Positions 7,771 to 16,796 of a stretch of DNA of 22,244 nucleotides are shown here, in pieces. The DNA is from Puniceicoccaceae bacterium (lineage in GTDB: Bacteria > Verrucomicrobiota > Verrucomicrobiia > Opitutales > Oceanipulchritudinaceae): positions 1 to 22,244 of the forward strand of contig JBFOMH010000010.1 in assembly GCA_040830765.1 (NCBI GenBank), in the 5' to 3' direction. Each line of letters begins with the position of its first letter. Position 1 is the first letter of the stretch. The notes below the pieces were generated by a model. It saw nothing but the letters and a program-made list of their open reading frames with translations. It was not told where the DNA came from and searched no databases. Both the position numbers and the translations under genes were made by a program.

Positions 7771-8812
7771 TTCCCCCCGACTCGTCTCCATTGGATGCAA
7801 CCACCACAAGACGCCCCTGGAAATAAGGGAGCGGATGGCGTTGTCGTCTGACGGCGTCAAGGCTTTGCAGGACCGGCTCAAGGAGCACCCGCAAATCCGT
7901 GAGGCGGCCGTGCTTAGTACCTGCAACCGGATCGAGATTTATGCGGTCGCTGACAATGGCGATTGTGAGCGAGAAATCGCCGGTTTCCTCGAAGGAATCA
8001 ATGGATTTCCAGTTGATGAATTTTTCCAGCACGCCTATGTGCATGAAAACCTCGAGGCTGTTAAGCATGCTTTCTCGGTGGCTTCCGGACTGGATTCACA
8101 GATGGTCGGGGAAACCCAGATCCTGGGTCAGATGAAGAACTCCTACGCTGCTGCCATCGAGGACAAGACGGTCGGACCCGTCTTGCACCGCTTCTTCCAG
8201 AAATCCTTCCAGGCGGCGAAGTGGGCCCGGACAGAAACCAAGATTGGCAGTGGCCAGGTCAGCCTTGGTAATGTCGCGGTAGAGTTGGCAACACGGATTT
8301 TCGGCAGGTTAACGGTGAGCCGGACCCTGGTGATTGGTTCCGGGGAAGTCGGACAGGAAGTCGCCAAGGCATTTCGCAGTCGTGGCGTTGCCTGCATGTC
8401 CATTGCCAGCCGGACGCACGAACGGGCAGAGGAACTGGCCCGTGAGGTCGATGGCCTGCTCATCCCCTATAATACCTGGCAGGACACCCTCCCCTACGTG
8501 GATATCGGTATCTTTGCCACTTCGGCACCGGAACACATCCTGGATCGATCAACTTTGGCCAGTGTTCTCTCAAAGCGGCCCCGGAAGCCACTATTCCTGA
8601 TTGACCTGGCCATGCCACGCGACATCGAGGCGTCGGCTGGAGATCTGCCAAACCTCTACCTCTATAACCTGGATGACCTTGGCACTATCGCCAACGAGAA
8701 CCTGGCCAGCCGGCAAAAGGAAGTGGACCGCTGCCTCACCGAACTCTCACGCAAGGCCCAGTACACCTGGAAAGGGCTGGGTTTGCGACGGAATGCCGCC
8801 CACCAGGGCTAG
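7760..8812 (+). CDS. hemA: Glutamyl-tRNA reductase (short form)
   Basis: GCNHHKTPLEIRE, LSTCNRIEIY (catalytic Cys), VASGLDSQMVGETQILGQ, IGSGEVG and LIDLAMPRDIE. ATG at 7760 gives 350 aa. Confidence 0.95.
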   Translation: MPTDSPRLVSIGCNHHKTPLEIRERMALSSDGVKALQDRLKEHPQIREAAVLSTCNRIEIYAVADNGDCEREIAGFLEGINGFPVDEFFQHAYVHENLEAVKHAFSVASGLDSQMVGETQILGQMKNSYAAAIEDKTVGPVLHRFFQKSFQAAKWARTETKIGSGQVSLGNVAVELATRIFGRLTVSRTLVIGSGEVGQEVAKAFRSRGVACMSIASRTHERAEELAREVDGLLIPYNTWQDTLPYVDIGIFATSAPEHILDRSTLASVLSKRPRKPLFLIDLAMPRDIEASAGDLPNLYLYNLDDLGTIANENLASRQKEVDRCLTELSRKAQYTWKGLGLRRNAAHQG

Positions 8813-9975
8813 GTTGTGACCAACCTTGTCACCCGCTGGGCCACGGTTGTCGAGGCCGTACCGGAAAGATGCTCCTGTAACGCTTCTGCAGCTGCCACAA
8901 ATGGCTCCCTGGCCTCACTTGACAGGAGGCATTCCTGCAAGACATCCGCCAGCTTGTCGGGCCGGGCATCCGCCTGGAGGTATTCAGGATAGACTTCCCG
9001 GCCAAGGACCAGGTTGGCGATTCCCAGCCACTCGATTTGAATCAAGCGGCGCCCCATCCAGACGGTCAGCGGATGGGCCCTGTAGACAATGGCACCCGGT
9101 AGGCCGGCAAGGGCACAGTTGAGGGACATCGTTCCCGAACTGGTCAGCACGGCACTGGCTGGTGTTCCTTCATCCACTGCAAGCAGGCGGATCAGCTCCT
9201 GGGAAACTTGTTGCCGCTCCAGTTCATTTTCGAGGATTGAGCGGATGGATTCCTCGGGATACAGGCAAACACATGGCTTCTTTCCCCCGGCATCGCGGTA
9301 TTCCCGGATGGCCTGCACCATGACGGGAAATATGCGGCTCACCGCCTGCCGGCGGCTGCCGGGAAGCAGGAGCAAGGGACCCTCCGGATCGTAGCGGATT
9401 GGATTCTCATATCCCTCCCGGACAAAGGGATGACCGACAAACTCCACTGGCAGATCCGTATCCTTGTAACACTCCAGCTCAAATGGGAAGATAACCCCGA
9501 GCTCATCCAGGACCTTGGCCATCTTGAAACGCCGACCGGCCTTCCAGGCCCAGATTTGCGGAGATACATACTGGTACACGGCGACAGTACCGCCTCCCTT
9601 GCGGCTTAATCCCCTCTTCTGCAGGGCTTCAGCCAGGCGAAGATTAAAACCGGGATAATCAACGAGGATAACCACCTTCGGGGCATGGGTTTCCACCCAA
9701 TCCAAGACCGCATTGAAGAGCTGCTTGAATTCTCCATAATGGCGCAATACTTCCACCAGCCCGACGACCGAATCCTTCGTCAAGTCGTGCAGCAACTGCA
9801 CGCCGGCCTTCTCCAGTGCTGGTCCACCGACAGCCGCCAGTCCCCAATCCGGATGCTGCTCCTGCAATTCCCGCGCAATCAGGGCCGCGTGCTGATCCCC
9901 GGAATGCTCACCGGCGACAAACAGGACATCCGCGTTCCGGGGTGGTGCCGGCAGCTCCATCGACGGCGGGGCCAT
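8809..9975 (-). CDS. lpxB: Lipid-A-disaccharide synthase
   Basis: VAGEHSGD, VVGLVEVL, LVDYPGFNLRLA, YVSPQIWAWK, FPFE, FVGHP, LLPGSR and SGT. ATG at 9975 directly follows the upstream TGA (TGA-A-ATG). Confidence 0.95.
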   Translation of the reverse strand: MAPPSMELPAPPRNADVLFVAGEHSGDQHAALIARELQEQHPDWGLAAVGGPALEKAGVQLLHDLTKDSVVGLVEVLRHYGEFKQLFNAVLDWVETHAPKVVILVDYPGFNLRLAEALQKRGLSRKGGGTVAVYQYVSPQIWAWKAGRRFKMAKVLDELGVIFPFELECYKDTDLPVEFVGHPFVREGYENPIRYDPEGPLLLLPGSRRQAVSRIFPVMVQAIREYRDAGGKKPCVCLYPEESIRSILENELERQQVSQELIRLLAVDEGTPASAVLTSSGTMSLNCALAGLPGAIVYRAHPLTVWMGRRLIQIEWLGIANLVLGREVYPEYLQADARPDKLADVLQECLLSSEAREPFVAAAEALQEHLSGTASTTVAQRVTRLVTT

Positions 9976-9976
9976 T

Positions 9977-10927
9977 TCAACTGCCTCCCCGGCGCTTCGC
10001 TGATTGCGCACTTATCTGGTCGGTGATTTGCATCGCCACTTCAAGGGCAGTTGCCCCTTCGACACCCCCCACCTTCGGGGACTGCTTTTGCCGGACACAC
10101 TCCACAAACGCAGCCAGCTCCAGCTTCAGGGGTTCGTCCTTTTCAATCGGGATCTCCTCCTTTTCCAGACTCAGGCCGTTTTTCCGGACTAGGTGCCCTG
10201 ACTGCTCCATGAAGTTGAGCGAGAGGTATCCATCCCGCTGAAAGACCCGGATCTCACGAACCTTCTTGGTACTGACCCGGCTGGTGTTGATGTTCGCCAC
10301 ACAGCCGTTGGCAAACTGGATCCGGGCATTGGCGATATCCTCCTTGCCCGAGAGTACCTCCACCCCGACCGAATCGATCCGCTCAATGGGGGATTTGACC
10401 AGCTGCTGGATAATCCCGATGTCATGGATCATCAGGTCCAGCACCACCCCGACTTCCGTTCCCCGGACAATGAAGGGGGCAAGGCGATCCGCCGTGATGT
10501 AGAGGGGTTCACGGACATTCTCCTCGAGATAGCTCATGACCGGGTTAAAATGCTCAATGTGTCCAACCTGGACCAACCGGTCATGCTCCCGGGCCGCTGC
10601 GAGAACAGCGTGAGCCTCCTCCAGGGAGGCGCAAATCGGCTTTTCAATCAGGATATGCGCACCTTGCTGAATAACCGGGATGGCCACTTCGGCATGGAGG
10701 TCGGTCGGGACAACCAGACTGACCGCATCGCAGGCCGCAGCTAACTCCAAGGCCGATCCAAAGACCCGGGTTCCTTGCTTTTCCGCGATCTCCTGTGCCC
10801 GTTCCGGGTTGGAATCCACGATTCCGACAAATTCAACATCTGGCAGGGCGGCATAAATCCTCGCATGGTGCTGTCCCAGCGATCCAACGCCAATTACCCC
10901 GCATTTCACCTTTGCGTCGTCACTCAT
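9977..10927 (-). CDS. Gfo/Idh/MocA oxidoreductase, GnnA-like (putative UDP-GlcNAc 3-dehydrogenase)
   Basis: GVIGVGSLGQHHAR, EKP, VGHIEHFNP and VGVVLDLMIHDI. Adjacent to and probably translationally coupled with lpxB. Confidence 0.85.
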   Translation of the reverse strand: MSDDAKVKCGVIGVGSLGQHHARIYAALPDVEFVGIVDSNPERAQEIAEKQGTRVFGSALELAAACDAVSLVVPTDLHAEVAIPVIQQGAHILIEKPICASLEEAHAVLAAAREHDRLVQVGHIEHFNPVMSYLEENVREPLYITADRLAPFIVRGTEVGVVLDLMIHDIGIIQQLVKSPIERIDSVGVEVLSGKEDIANARIQFANGCVANINTSRVSTKKVREIRVFQRDGYLSLNFMEQSGHLVRKNGLSLEKEEIPIEKDEPLKLELAAFVECVRQKQSPKVGGVEGATALEVAMQITDQISAQSAKRRGGS

Positions 10928-10937
10928 CCTTGTTTTG

Positions 10938-10965
10938 AAGCTGTTTGCCGAGCGAAGATGGTCAA
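10938..10965 (-). promoter_or_regulatory. Putative promoter of the gnnA-like/lpxB unit
   Basis: Minus strand TTGACC (10965-10960), 16 nt, CAGCTT (10943-10938), 10 nt before the ATG. Confidence 0.4.
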
Positions 10966-11217
10966 GCCTTGGCTAAAAAAGTGGGCCGAAAACGGGATCC
11001 GTTGCCCCCCTGATAATGAAGATCCTGCTTCCGGCCCTTTCGGATAACTCCGAATAAACGTATTCCAGCTGGGGCATGCTGGTCCAAAAATGGATATGGG
11101 GTAATGCTGTGCTTTTCGCTAGTGGCATAGGCTGACCGTCTTTTTTAAAAAACGCAAAGGATTTTTACGTTCATAAAACGGTTTGCGGCTTTCTAATAAT
11201 GCCATAATGGTCAGCTT

Positions 11218-12396
11218 ATGCTGATAGAGACGCTGGAGAAGTGGGTAAACATCAATTCCGGTTCGGGCAATCCAGAGGGTCTGGGGAGAATGGCCGATGT
11301 GCTTCAGGCCTATATGGAAGATATTCCAGGCACCCTTGAGCGGACCCCGCTTCCCCCTTATGAAAACCTTGATGGCAGCAGCCAGCAGCCCGGGGATATC
11401 CTCAGCCTGCGCTTCAACCCGGAGGCCCCCGTGCGCGTCCTTTTCAGCGGCCACATGGACACGGTCTACTCTCCGGAGAATCCATTCCAGACCATGAGCC
11501 GCTTGCCCGACGGGCGCCTTCACGGGCCCGGGGTCGCCGACATGAAAGGCGGCCTTCTGATCCTGATTGAGTCTGTCCGCCAGTTTCTCCAATCCGACAA
11601 AACAGGCCGGATTGGTGGAGAAATCCTCATTAACGGGGACGAGGAAACGGGGTCAGTCGGCAGCAGGGACCGGATCCTTGAAGCAGCCCGATGGAGCCAC
11701 CTTGGTCTGGTTTTTGAGAGCTCACTCCCGGGGGGTGAACTGGTCAGGTGTCGAAAGGGCTCAGGTACTTTTCGGGTTATCGCTCGTGGACGACCGGCTC
11801 ATACCGGACGGGACTTCGAGAACGGCCGCAATGCGGTAGTTGCCCTGGCAGACCTGATGCAGGCTTGTCACGCCCTTAACGGGCAACTGGGAGAGACGAT
11901 TGTCAATGTGGTCAACTTTCTGGCGCCCGGGCCAGTCAATGTTGTCCCGGAGCGGGCGGAATGCTGGCTCAATGTAAGGATTGCCCATATCGACGAAATG
12001 GAACGCTTCCGGGAGGCCCTGGCCGGCCTGATCCAGCAGACCATGGAGCGCCGGGAAGACGTTCAAATTGAATTGGAAGGCGACTTCCAACGGGCTCCGA
12101 AAGGCGAGACACCGGGCATAGCCGTCCTGCATGAGCTCTGGAACAAGGCAGAAGAGTCGCTTGGTCTTCCCCTTTCCGGCAAGCGGGACACCGGGGGCAG
12201 CTCGGATGGCAACATCCTCAGCGAGGTGGGGATGCCCCACTTGGACGGCGTAGGTATCCGGGGCGGCGCCATTCACTCAGCCGATGAATTTGCCTTTGCT
12301 GAAACCATCGAGACCGGTATCAGCCGGACCGTGAATTTCCTGCAACTGCTGGCCCAACAACCGGATTGCCTTGGTGAGGTTACCTCTGCAGACTGA
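11218..12396 (+). CDS. M20 family metallohydrolase (carboxypeptidase G2/ArgE-like; AST-associated hydrolase)
   Basis: INSGS, GHMDTV, GPGVADMKGG, DEETGS, AHTGRDFENGRNA, GGSSDGN and GGAIHSADEF. Directly upstream of astA. Confidence 0.88.
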   Translation: MLIETLEKWVNINSGSGNPEGLGRMADVLQAYMEDIPGTLERTPLPPYENLDGSSQQPGDILSLRFNPEAPVRVLFSGHMDTVYSPENPFQTMSRLPDGRLHGPGVADMKGGLLILIESVRQFLQSDKTGRIGGEILINGDEETGSVGSRDRILEAARWSHLGLVFESSLPGGELVRCRKGSGTFRVIARGRPAHTGRDFENGRNAVVALADLMQACHALNGQLGETIVNVVNFLAPGPVNVVPERAECWLNVRIAHIDEMERFREALAGLIQQTMERREDVQIELEGDFQRAPKGETPGIAVLHELWNKAEESLGLPLSGKRDTGGSSDGNILSEVGMPHLDGVGIRGGAIHSADEFAFAETIETGISRTVNFLQLLAQQPDCLGEVTSAD

Positions 12397-12402
12397 TCAG
12401 TG

Positions 12403-13428
12403 ATGGGTCCTGAATTTCTATTGCGCCCGGTCGGGGAGTCGGATCTTCCCCAGCTGAAAAGCCTCGTGAGCAATATTGCCGATGGGATGACAACGCTTCC
12501 CGAGCACCCGGAGCACCTGCAAAACCGGATTCACGACTCAATCCGGGCCTTTGATCCAAGGATCCGCAAACCAGCCGGTGAGGTTTATCTCTTCGTCCTC
12601 GAAGACACCAGCACCGGACAACTAATCGGCACGTCTGGCATTATTTCCCGCGTGGGAGGATTCGATCCTTTTTACACCTACAAGGTGAACAGTTACCTCC
12701 AGGAGTATGAGCCCCTTAACATTCACAATACCCTGCAAACCCTTGAACTGATACGGAACCACAAGGGGCCGAGCGAAATCTGCAGCCTTTTCCTCCATCC
12801 GGATTACCGCCAGAAAGGCACCGGGAAACTACTTTCCCTTTCCCGTTTCCTCTTCATGAAGGCCTTTCCGGACCGCTTCGACGAATCGGTCATAGCGGAA
12901 TTGAGGGGCTTCATTGATCAGGCGGGACAATCCCCTTTTTGGGAGGCCGTGGGGAAAAACTTCTTCTGGAAAGATTACTACGAGGCGGATGTGCTCAGTG
13001 GCATTGGGGAAAAGGACTTCATCGAGGCCTTGATGCCGGACCATCCCATTTATGTGAATCTTCTCCCGCGTACGGCCCGTGAGATCATTGGCAAAGTTCA
13101 TCCGCAGACGGAAGCGGCGAAGGCCATCCTGCTCAAGGAAGGATTCAGGGAAACCGACGAAGTCGATATCTTTGACGCCGGGCCCATTCTCCAGGCCGCC
13201 CGCCATGAATTGCGTACATGGCAAAATTCCGGAACAGCAGAGCTGGCCGTTGGCAATACGGAAGCCGCCGAAGGACAACGCATGCTTCTCGCAAACGACT
13301 CGCTTGAGTTCCGCTCCACGGTCGACTGTGCCAAATTACTGGATGAAAAAGTACTGGAAACAACTCCGGAAACAGCCGCTGCACTGGGATTGAAAGCCGG
13401 TGAACCGGTCCAGTTCATGATTCTGTGA
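12403..13428 (+). CDS. astA: Arginine N-succinyltransferase
   Basis: YLFVLED, SEICSLFLHPDYR, GKLLSLSRFLF, AELRG, SPFWEAVG and VDIFDAGP. Start is ATG 12403 or GTG 12400. Confidence 0.93.
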   Translation: MGPEFLLRPVGESDLPQLKSLVSNIADGMTTLPEHPEHLQNRIHDSIRAFDPRIRKPAGEVYLFVLEDTSTGQLIGTSGIISRVGGFDPFYTYKVNSYLQEYEPLNIHNTLQTLELIRNHKGPSEICSLFLHPDYRQKGTGKLLSLSRFLFMKAFPDRFDESVIAELRGFIDQAGQSPFWEAVGKNFFWKDYYEADVLSGIGEKDFIEALMPDHPIYVNLLPRTAREIIGKVHPQTEAAKAILLKEGFRETDEVDIFDAGPILQAARHELRTWQNSGTAELAVGNTEAAEGQRMLLANDSLEFRSTVDCAKLLDEKVLETTPETAAALGLKAGEPVQFMIL

Positions 13429-13448
13429 GGAGCCAGGATGGATCTTCA

Positions 13449-14870
13449 ATGAATACAGGCCCACAACTAAAGTCCATTAATCCCAGCGACGGAACGGTTG
13501 TCTGGGAGGGAAGCAGCGCCACTAATGAAGCGGTGGCGGCAGCCATTGCCGCCTCCCGGTCTGTATTTGATAATTGGTCCCAAACGCCGATTGGAGAACG
13601 GGAAGCGATACTCCGGAGTTTCGCTTGCCGCCTCCAATCAGAGGGAAACGAACTGGCCGAACTGATTGCCCGGGAAATTGGTAAACCGTATTGGGAGGCA
13701 AAGACGGAAGTGGCCGCCATGGCGGGAAAGATCGAAATCAGCATCGAGGCCCACGCCAGACGCTGTTCCGAATTCCCGGGCGGTGCAGCCATTACCCGTT
13801 TTCGACCGCATGGCGTGTTGATTGTCCTGGGACCGTATAATTTTCCCGGTCACTTGCCCAATGGACACATCTGTCCGGCACTTCTGGCAGGAAATACAGT
13901 CATATTCAAGCCCAGTGAACTGGCTCCAGCAACCGGCGAATGGATGCTGAATTGCTGGCTTGCGGCCGGTTTACCCGAGGGTGTGCTGCAGGTCGTACAG
14001 GGAGGGGCCGATACCGCTATCGAGTTAACCCGGCATCCGGAAATAGACGGCATTCTCTTTACCGGAAGCGCCGCTACTGGTAAGCGTCTCGCTGCCTCAA
14101 TGGCCCCCACCCCGGGAAAGATACTTGCCTTGGAGATGGGAGGAAATAATCCCTTAATCGTTGATAGTGAGAATATTAAGGATATTCCTTCGGCTGCTGA
14201 AATCATCCTCCGAAGCGCCTTTCTCTCAGCCGGTCAGCGCTGTACCTGTGCCCGGCGACTTATTCTCATCGAATCCCCCCAAGCCGGCACACTCCTGAAT
14301 GAGCTCATTGCCCAGGTTAGTGCCATTCATGTCGATGATCCCTTTGCCGAGCCACCTCCCTTCATGGGACCGCTGGCCAGTCCCACCTTTCCCGGACACG
14401 TGCTTAAGGCCCAGGAGAATCTATCACGAATGGGAGGTAGGATCCTTTTGGAAGCCCGTGGGCTGAAACCGGGAACCGGCTTCCTGACTCCGGGCATCAT
14501 TGATGTTTCTGATGTAACGGACTTACCGGATGAGGAAGTATTTGGTCCCCTCCTCCAAGTGATCCGGGTCAGGGATTTCGAATCCGCCATCAATGTTGCC
14601 AACAATACCCGCTACGGACTGGCAGCCGGAGTCCTGACCGACAAACCGGAGCATTACCAACTGGCGAGTCAACAGCTGCAGGCGGGAATCATCAATTGGA
14701 ACGTGCAACTGACCGGGGCCAGCAGTGCGGCACCATTCGGGGGCATCAAGGATTCAGGCAACCTGCGGCCTTCCGCTTTCCTTGCCGCCGATTATTGTTC
14801 CTATCCCGTTGCCTCGATGGAAGTCCCGCTTTGCGGGCCCCAGCCGCCAATGCCCGGTCGGCCTGAATAA
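13449..14870 (+). CDS. astD: Succinylglutamate-semialdehyde dehydrogenase
   Basis: RPHGVLIVLGPYNFPGHLPNGHI, FTGS, LALEMGGNNP, SAGQRCTCARR and APFGG..SGN.RPSA..AADYC.YPVAS. Alternative start GTG 13425 overlaps the astA stop. Confidence 0.94.
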   Translation: MNTGPQLKSINPSDGTVVWEGSSATNEAVAAAIAASRSVFDNWSQTPIGEREAILRSFACRLQSEGNELAELIAREIGKPYWEAKTEVAAMAGKIEISIEAHARRCSEFPGGAAITRFRPHGVLIVLGPYNFPGHLPNGHICPALLAGNTVIFKPSELAPATGEWMLNCWLAAGLPEGVLQVVQGGADTAIELTRHPEIDGILFTGSAATGKRLAASMAPTPGKILALEMGGNNPLIVDSENIKDIPSAAEIILRSAFLSAGQRCTCARRLILIESPQAGTLLNELIAQVSAIHVDDPFAEPPPFMGPLASPTFPGHVLKAQENLSRMGGRILLEARGLKPGTGFLTPGIIDVSDVTDLPDEEVFGPLLQVIRVRDFESAINVANNTRYGLAAGVLTDKPEHYQLASQQLQAGIINWNVQLTGASSAAPFGGIKDSGNLRPSAFLAADYCSYPVASMEVPLCGPQPPMPGRPE

Positions 14871-14873
14871 ACC

Positions 14874-15467
14874 CTACTTGGCCGAGCGGTGTTGGACAAG
14901 AAAGCCCAACAGGCCAATGGCCAGGGCGATACCGGCAACCTTCAGGTCCAAATCAAGGTAAAGAATCCAGCCATCCTCTCCCTCAGCGGCCTTGTGAACC
15001 GTTTGGCCGGTAACAAAAAACAGGGCACTGTGAACCAGCAGTAATGCTCCCAGCATGGCCGAGGCCAGTTGAATCATGACATTCGTCAAAGCAGTGGCAA
15101 CGAGTGCTGCCAGCAGGCAGGCAACCCCGATTACCGACCACTGGACAACGGGTTCATAGGGTTGCACCCAAGGCAGCAATGAGGTTGCCACAAACAAGGC
15201 CGCAATAGTCCCCACTGCCAACGAGTAGAAGAATAATGCCAGCACTCCACCCAGTATGGCCCCGAGTAGAAATCCTCCGGCCGACCAGAGGACCGGTTCA
15301 TCTCCCATATTGAAGCCCAGCCATGCCAGCAAAGCCGCTCCCGACAAGGCCATCAGGGCGACTATCAATCCCTTGAACAGCTTGTATCCAAAAAAGCAGC
15401 TTACCAGGCCGACAACTCCAGCCCCACCATACAAAAGGGGAACATATAACTCTGGCACCTCCGGCAT
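14874..15467 (-). CDS. DUF4203/TMEM198-like integral membrane protein
   Basis: 197 aa, Gly/Leu/Ala-rich with multiple TM segments and N-terminal 'GLVSCFFGYKLFK'. Confidence 0.7.
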   Translation of the reverse strand: MPEVPELYVPLLYGGAGVVGLVSCFFGYKLFKGLIVALMALSGAALLAWLGFNMGDEPVLWSAGGFLLGAILGGVLALFFYSLAVGTIAALFVATSLLPWVQPYEPVVQWSVIGVACLLAALVATALTNVMIQLASAMLGALLLVHSALFFVTGQTVHKAAEGEDGWILYLDLDLKVAGIALAIGLLGFLVQHRSAK

Positions 15468-15476
15468 AGGGAAAAC

Positions 15477-15505
15477 AGGATTTCACCGGGAAAATAAATT
15501 GGCAA
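15477..15505 (-). promoter_or_regulatory. Putative sigma70-type promoter of the DUF4203-like gene
   Basis: Minus strand TTGCCA (15505-15500), 17 nt, AATCCT (15482-15477), 9 nt before the ATG; no SD. Confidence 0.5.
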
Positions 15506-15514
15506 AGCCAATTT
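15491..15514 (-). terminator. Possible intrinsic terminator after fabF
   Basis: AAATTGGC-3 nt-GCCAATTT inverted repeat (15496-15514) followed on the minus strand by ATTTT. The stem is AT-rich and therefore weak. Confidence 0.4.
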
Positions 15515-15533
15515 TACATCCCGTCAGGCTGAC

Positions 15534-16784
15534 TTAGTCCTCAAATGCCCGGAATACGATCGTCGCATTATGACCACCGAAGCCAAGGTTGTTACTCAAG
15601 GCCACTTTCACGGGAGCCTCGATTCCCTTGTTCGGGACATAGTTCAGGTCACAGTCCGGATCCGGGTTCTCGTAATTGATCGTCGGGGCGATTTTACCGC
15701 TTCGTATGGTCTGGATACAGGCGATGGCCTCGATGCCCCCGGCCGCGCCCAGCAGGTGTCCCGTCATCGACTTGGTCGAGCTGACTTTCAACTTGTAGGC
15801 ATGGTCCCCGAAAACCGCCTTGATGGCCGCTGTTTCCGTCTTGTCGTTGTAGGGTGTGGACGTGCCATGGGCATTGATGTAGTCCACATCCTCAATTTCC
15901 GTTCCCGAATCCGCGAGGGCATTACGGATACAGGCCTGCAGGCCTTTGCCATCCGGATCCGGAGAGGTAATGTGGTAGGCATCACAGGTTGCCGCATGTC
16001 CGGTAATTTCACAAAGGATGTTCGCTCCGCGGGCCTGGGCATGCTCAAGCGTCTCCATGACCAGAATGCCGGCCCCTTCACCCATGATAAAGCCATCACG
16101 GCGGGCATCAAAGGGGCGACTTGCCCGGGTCGGCTCATCGTTGTAACTCGTCCCCATGGCCTTCATGTTGCAGAATCCGGCGTAGCCAACGCGGGTAATG
16201 CTCGCCTCGCTTCCGCCTGCCAACATGACATCCGCCTCACCAGCACGAAGGATGCGGATGCAGTCACCAATGGAATGGCTCGCTGTGGCACAGGCACTGA
16301 CAATTCCATAGTTCGGGCCCATCGCACCAACTTCGATGGCCACCACGCCACTGGCCATGTTGCTGATCAGCATGGGAATCATGAAGGGCGACACCCGCCG
16401 GGGTCCACTTTCCCAGAGCTTGAAGGTCTGCTGCTCAATGGTGTCCAGACCACCAATTCCCGAACCGATAATACAGCCGAAACGCACCGGATCCTCGAGG
16501 TCCTTGACGTCCAGTCTGGCATCGGCCATGGCCATGCGGGTCGCTGCCACCGCCAACTGGGTGTAGCGGTCATTCCGCTTGGCGTCCTTCGGGTCCATGT
16601 ATTGGCTCGGGTCAAAGTCTTTGACCTCTCCCCCAACCTTACAGGGATACTTCTCCGTATCAAAGGCTGTCACCGGGCCAATGCCGCTCTTGCCCGCAAC
16701 CAGTCCTTCCCAGAAGGATGCAACATCTTTGCCGAGGGGGGTAAGCGCCCCCATGCCTGTCACCACAATACGTTTCTTCTCCAT
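15534..16784 (-). CDS. fabF: 3-oxoacyl-ACP synthase II
   Basis: RIVVTGMG, SACAT (catalytic Cys), FIMGEGAG, YINAHGTST, KSMTGHLLGAAG and NNLGFGGHNA. SD GGAGGT precedes ATG 16784. Confidence 0.96.
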   Translation of the reverse strand: MEKKRIVVTGMGALTPLGKDVASFWEGLVAGKSGIGPVTAFDTEKYPCKVGGEVKDFDPSQYMDPKDAKRNDRYTQLAVAATRMAMADARLDVKDLEDPVRFGCIIGSGIGGLDTIEQQTFKLWESGPRRVSPFMIPMLISNMASGVVAIEVGAMGPNYGIVSACATASHSIGDCIRILRAGEADVMLAGGSEASITRVGYAGFCNMKAMGTSYNDEPTRASRPFDARRDGFIMGEGAGILVMETLEHAQARGANILCEITGHAATCDAYHITSPDPDGKGLQACIRNALADSGTEIEDVDYINAHGTSTPYNDKTETAAIKAVFGDHAYKLKVSSTKSMTGHLLGAAGGIEAIACIQTIRSGKIAPTINYENPDPDCDLNYVPNKGIEAPVKVALSNNLGFGGHNATIVFRAFED

Positions 16785-16796
16785 GGTCACCTCCGG

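Noticed and set aside
11052..11065. ARG-box-like GAAT...ATTC upstream of the ast genes
   Set aside because: There are six bases between the half-sites rather than four, and no tandem second box, so it is not called as an ArgR site.
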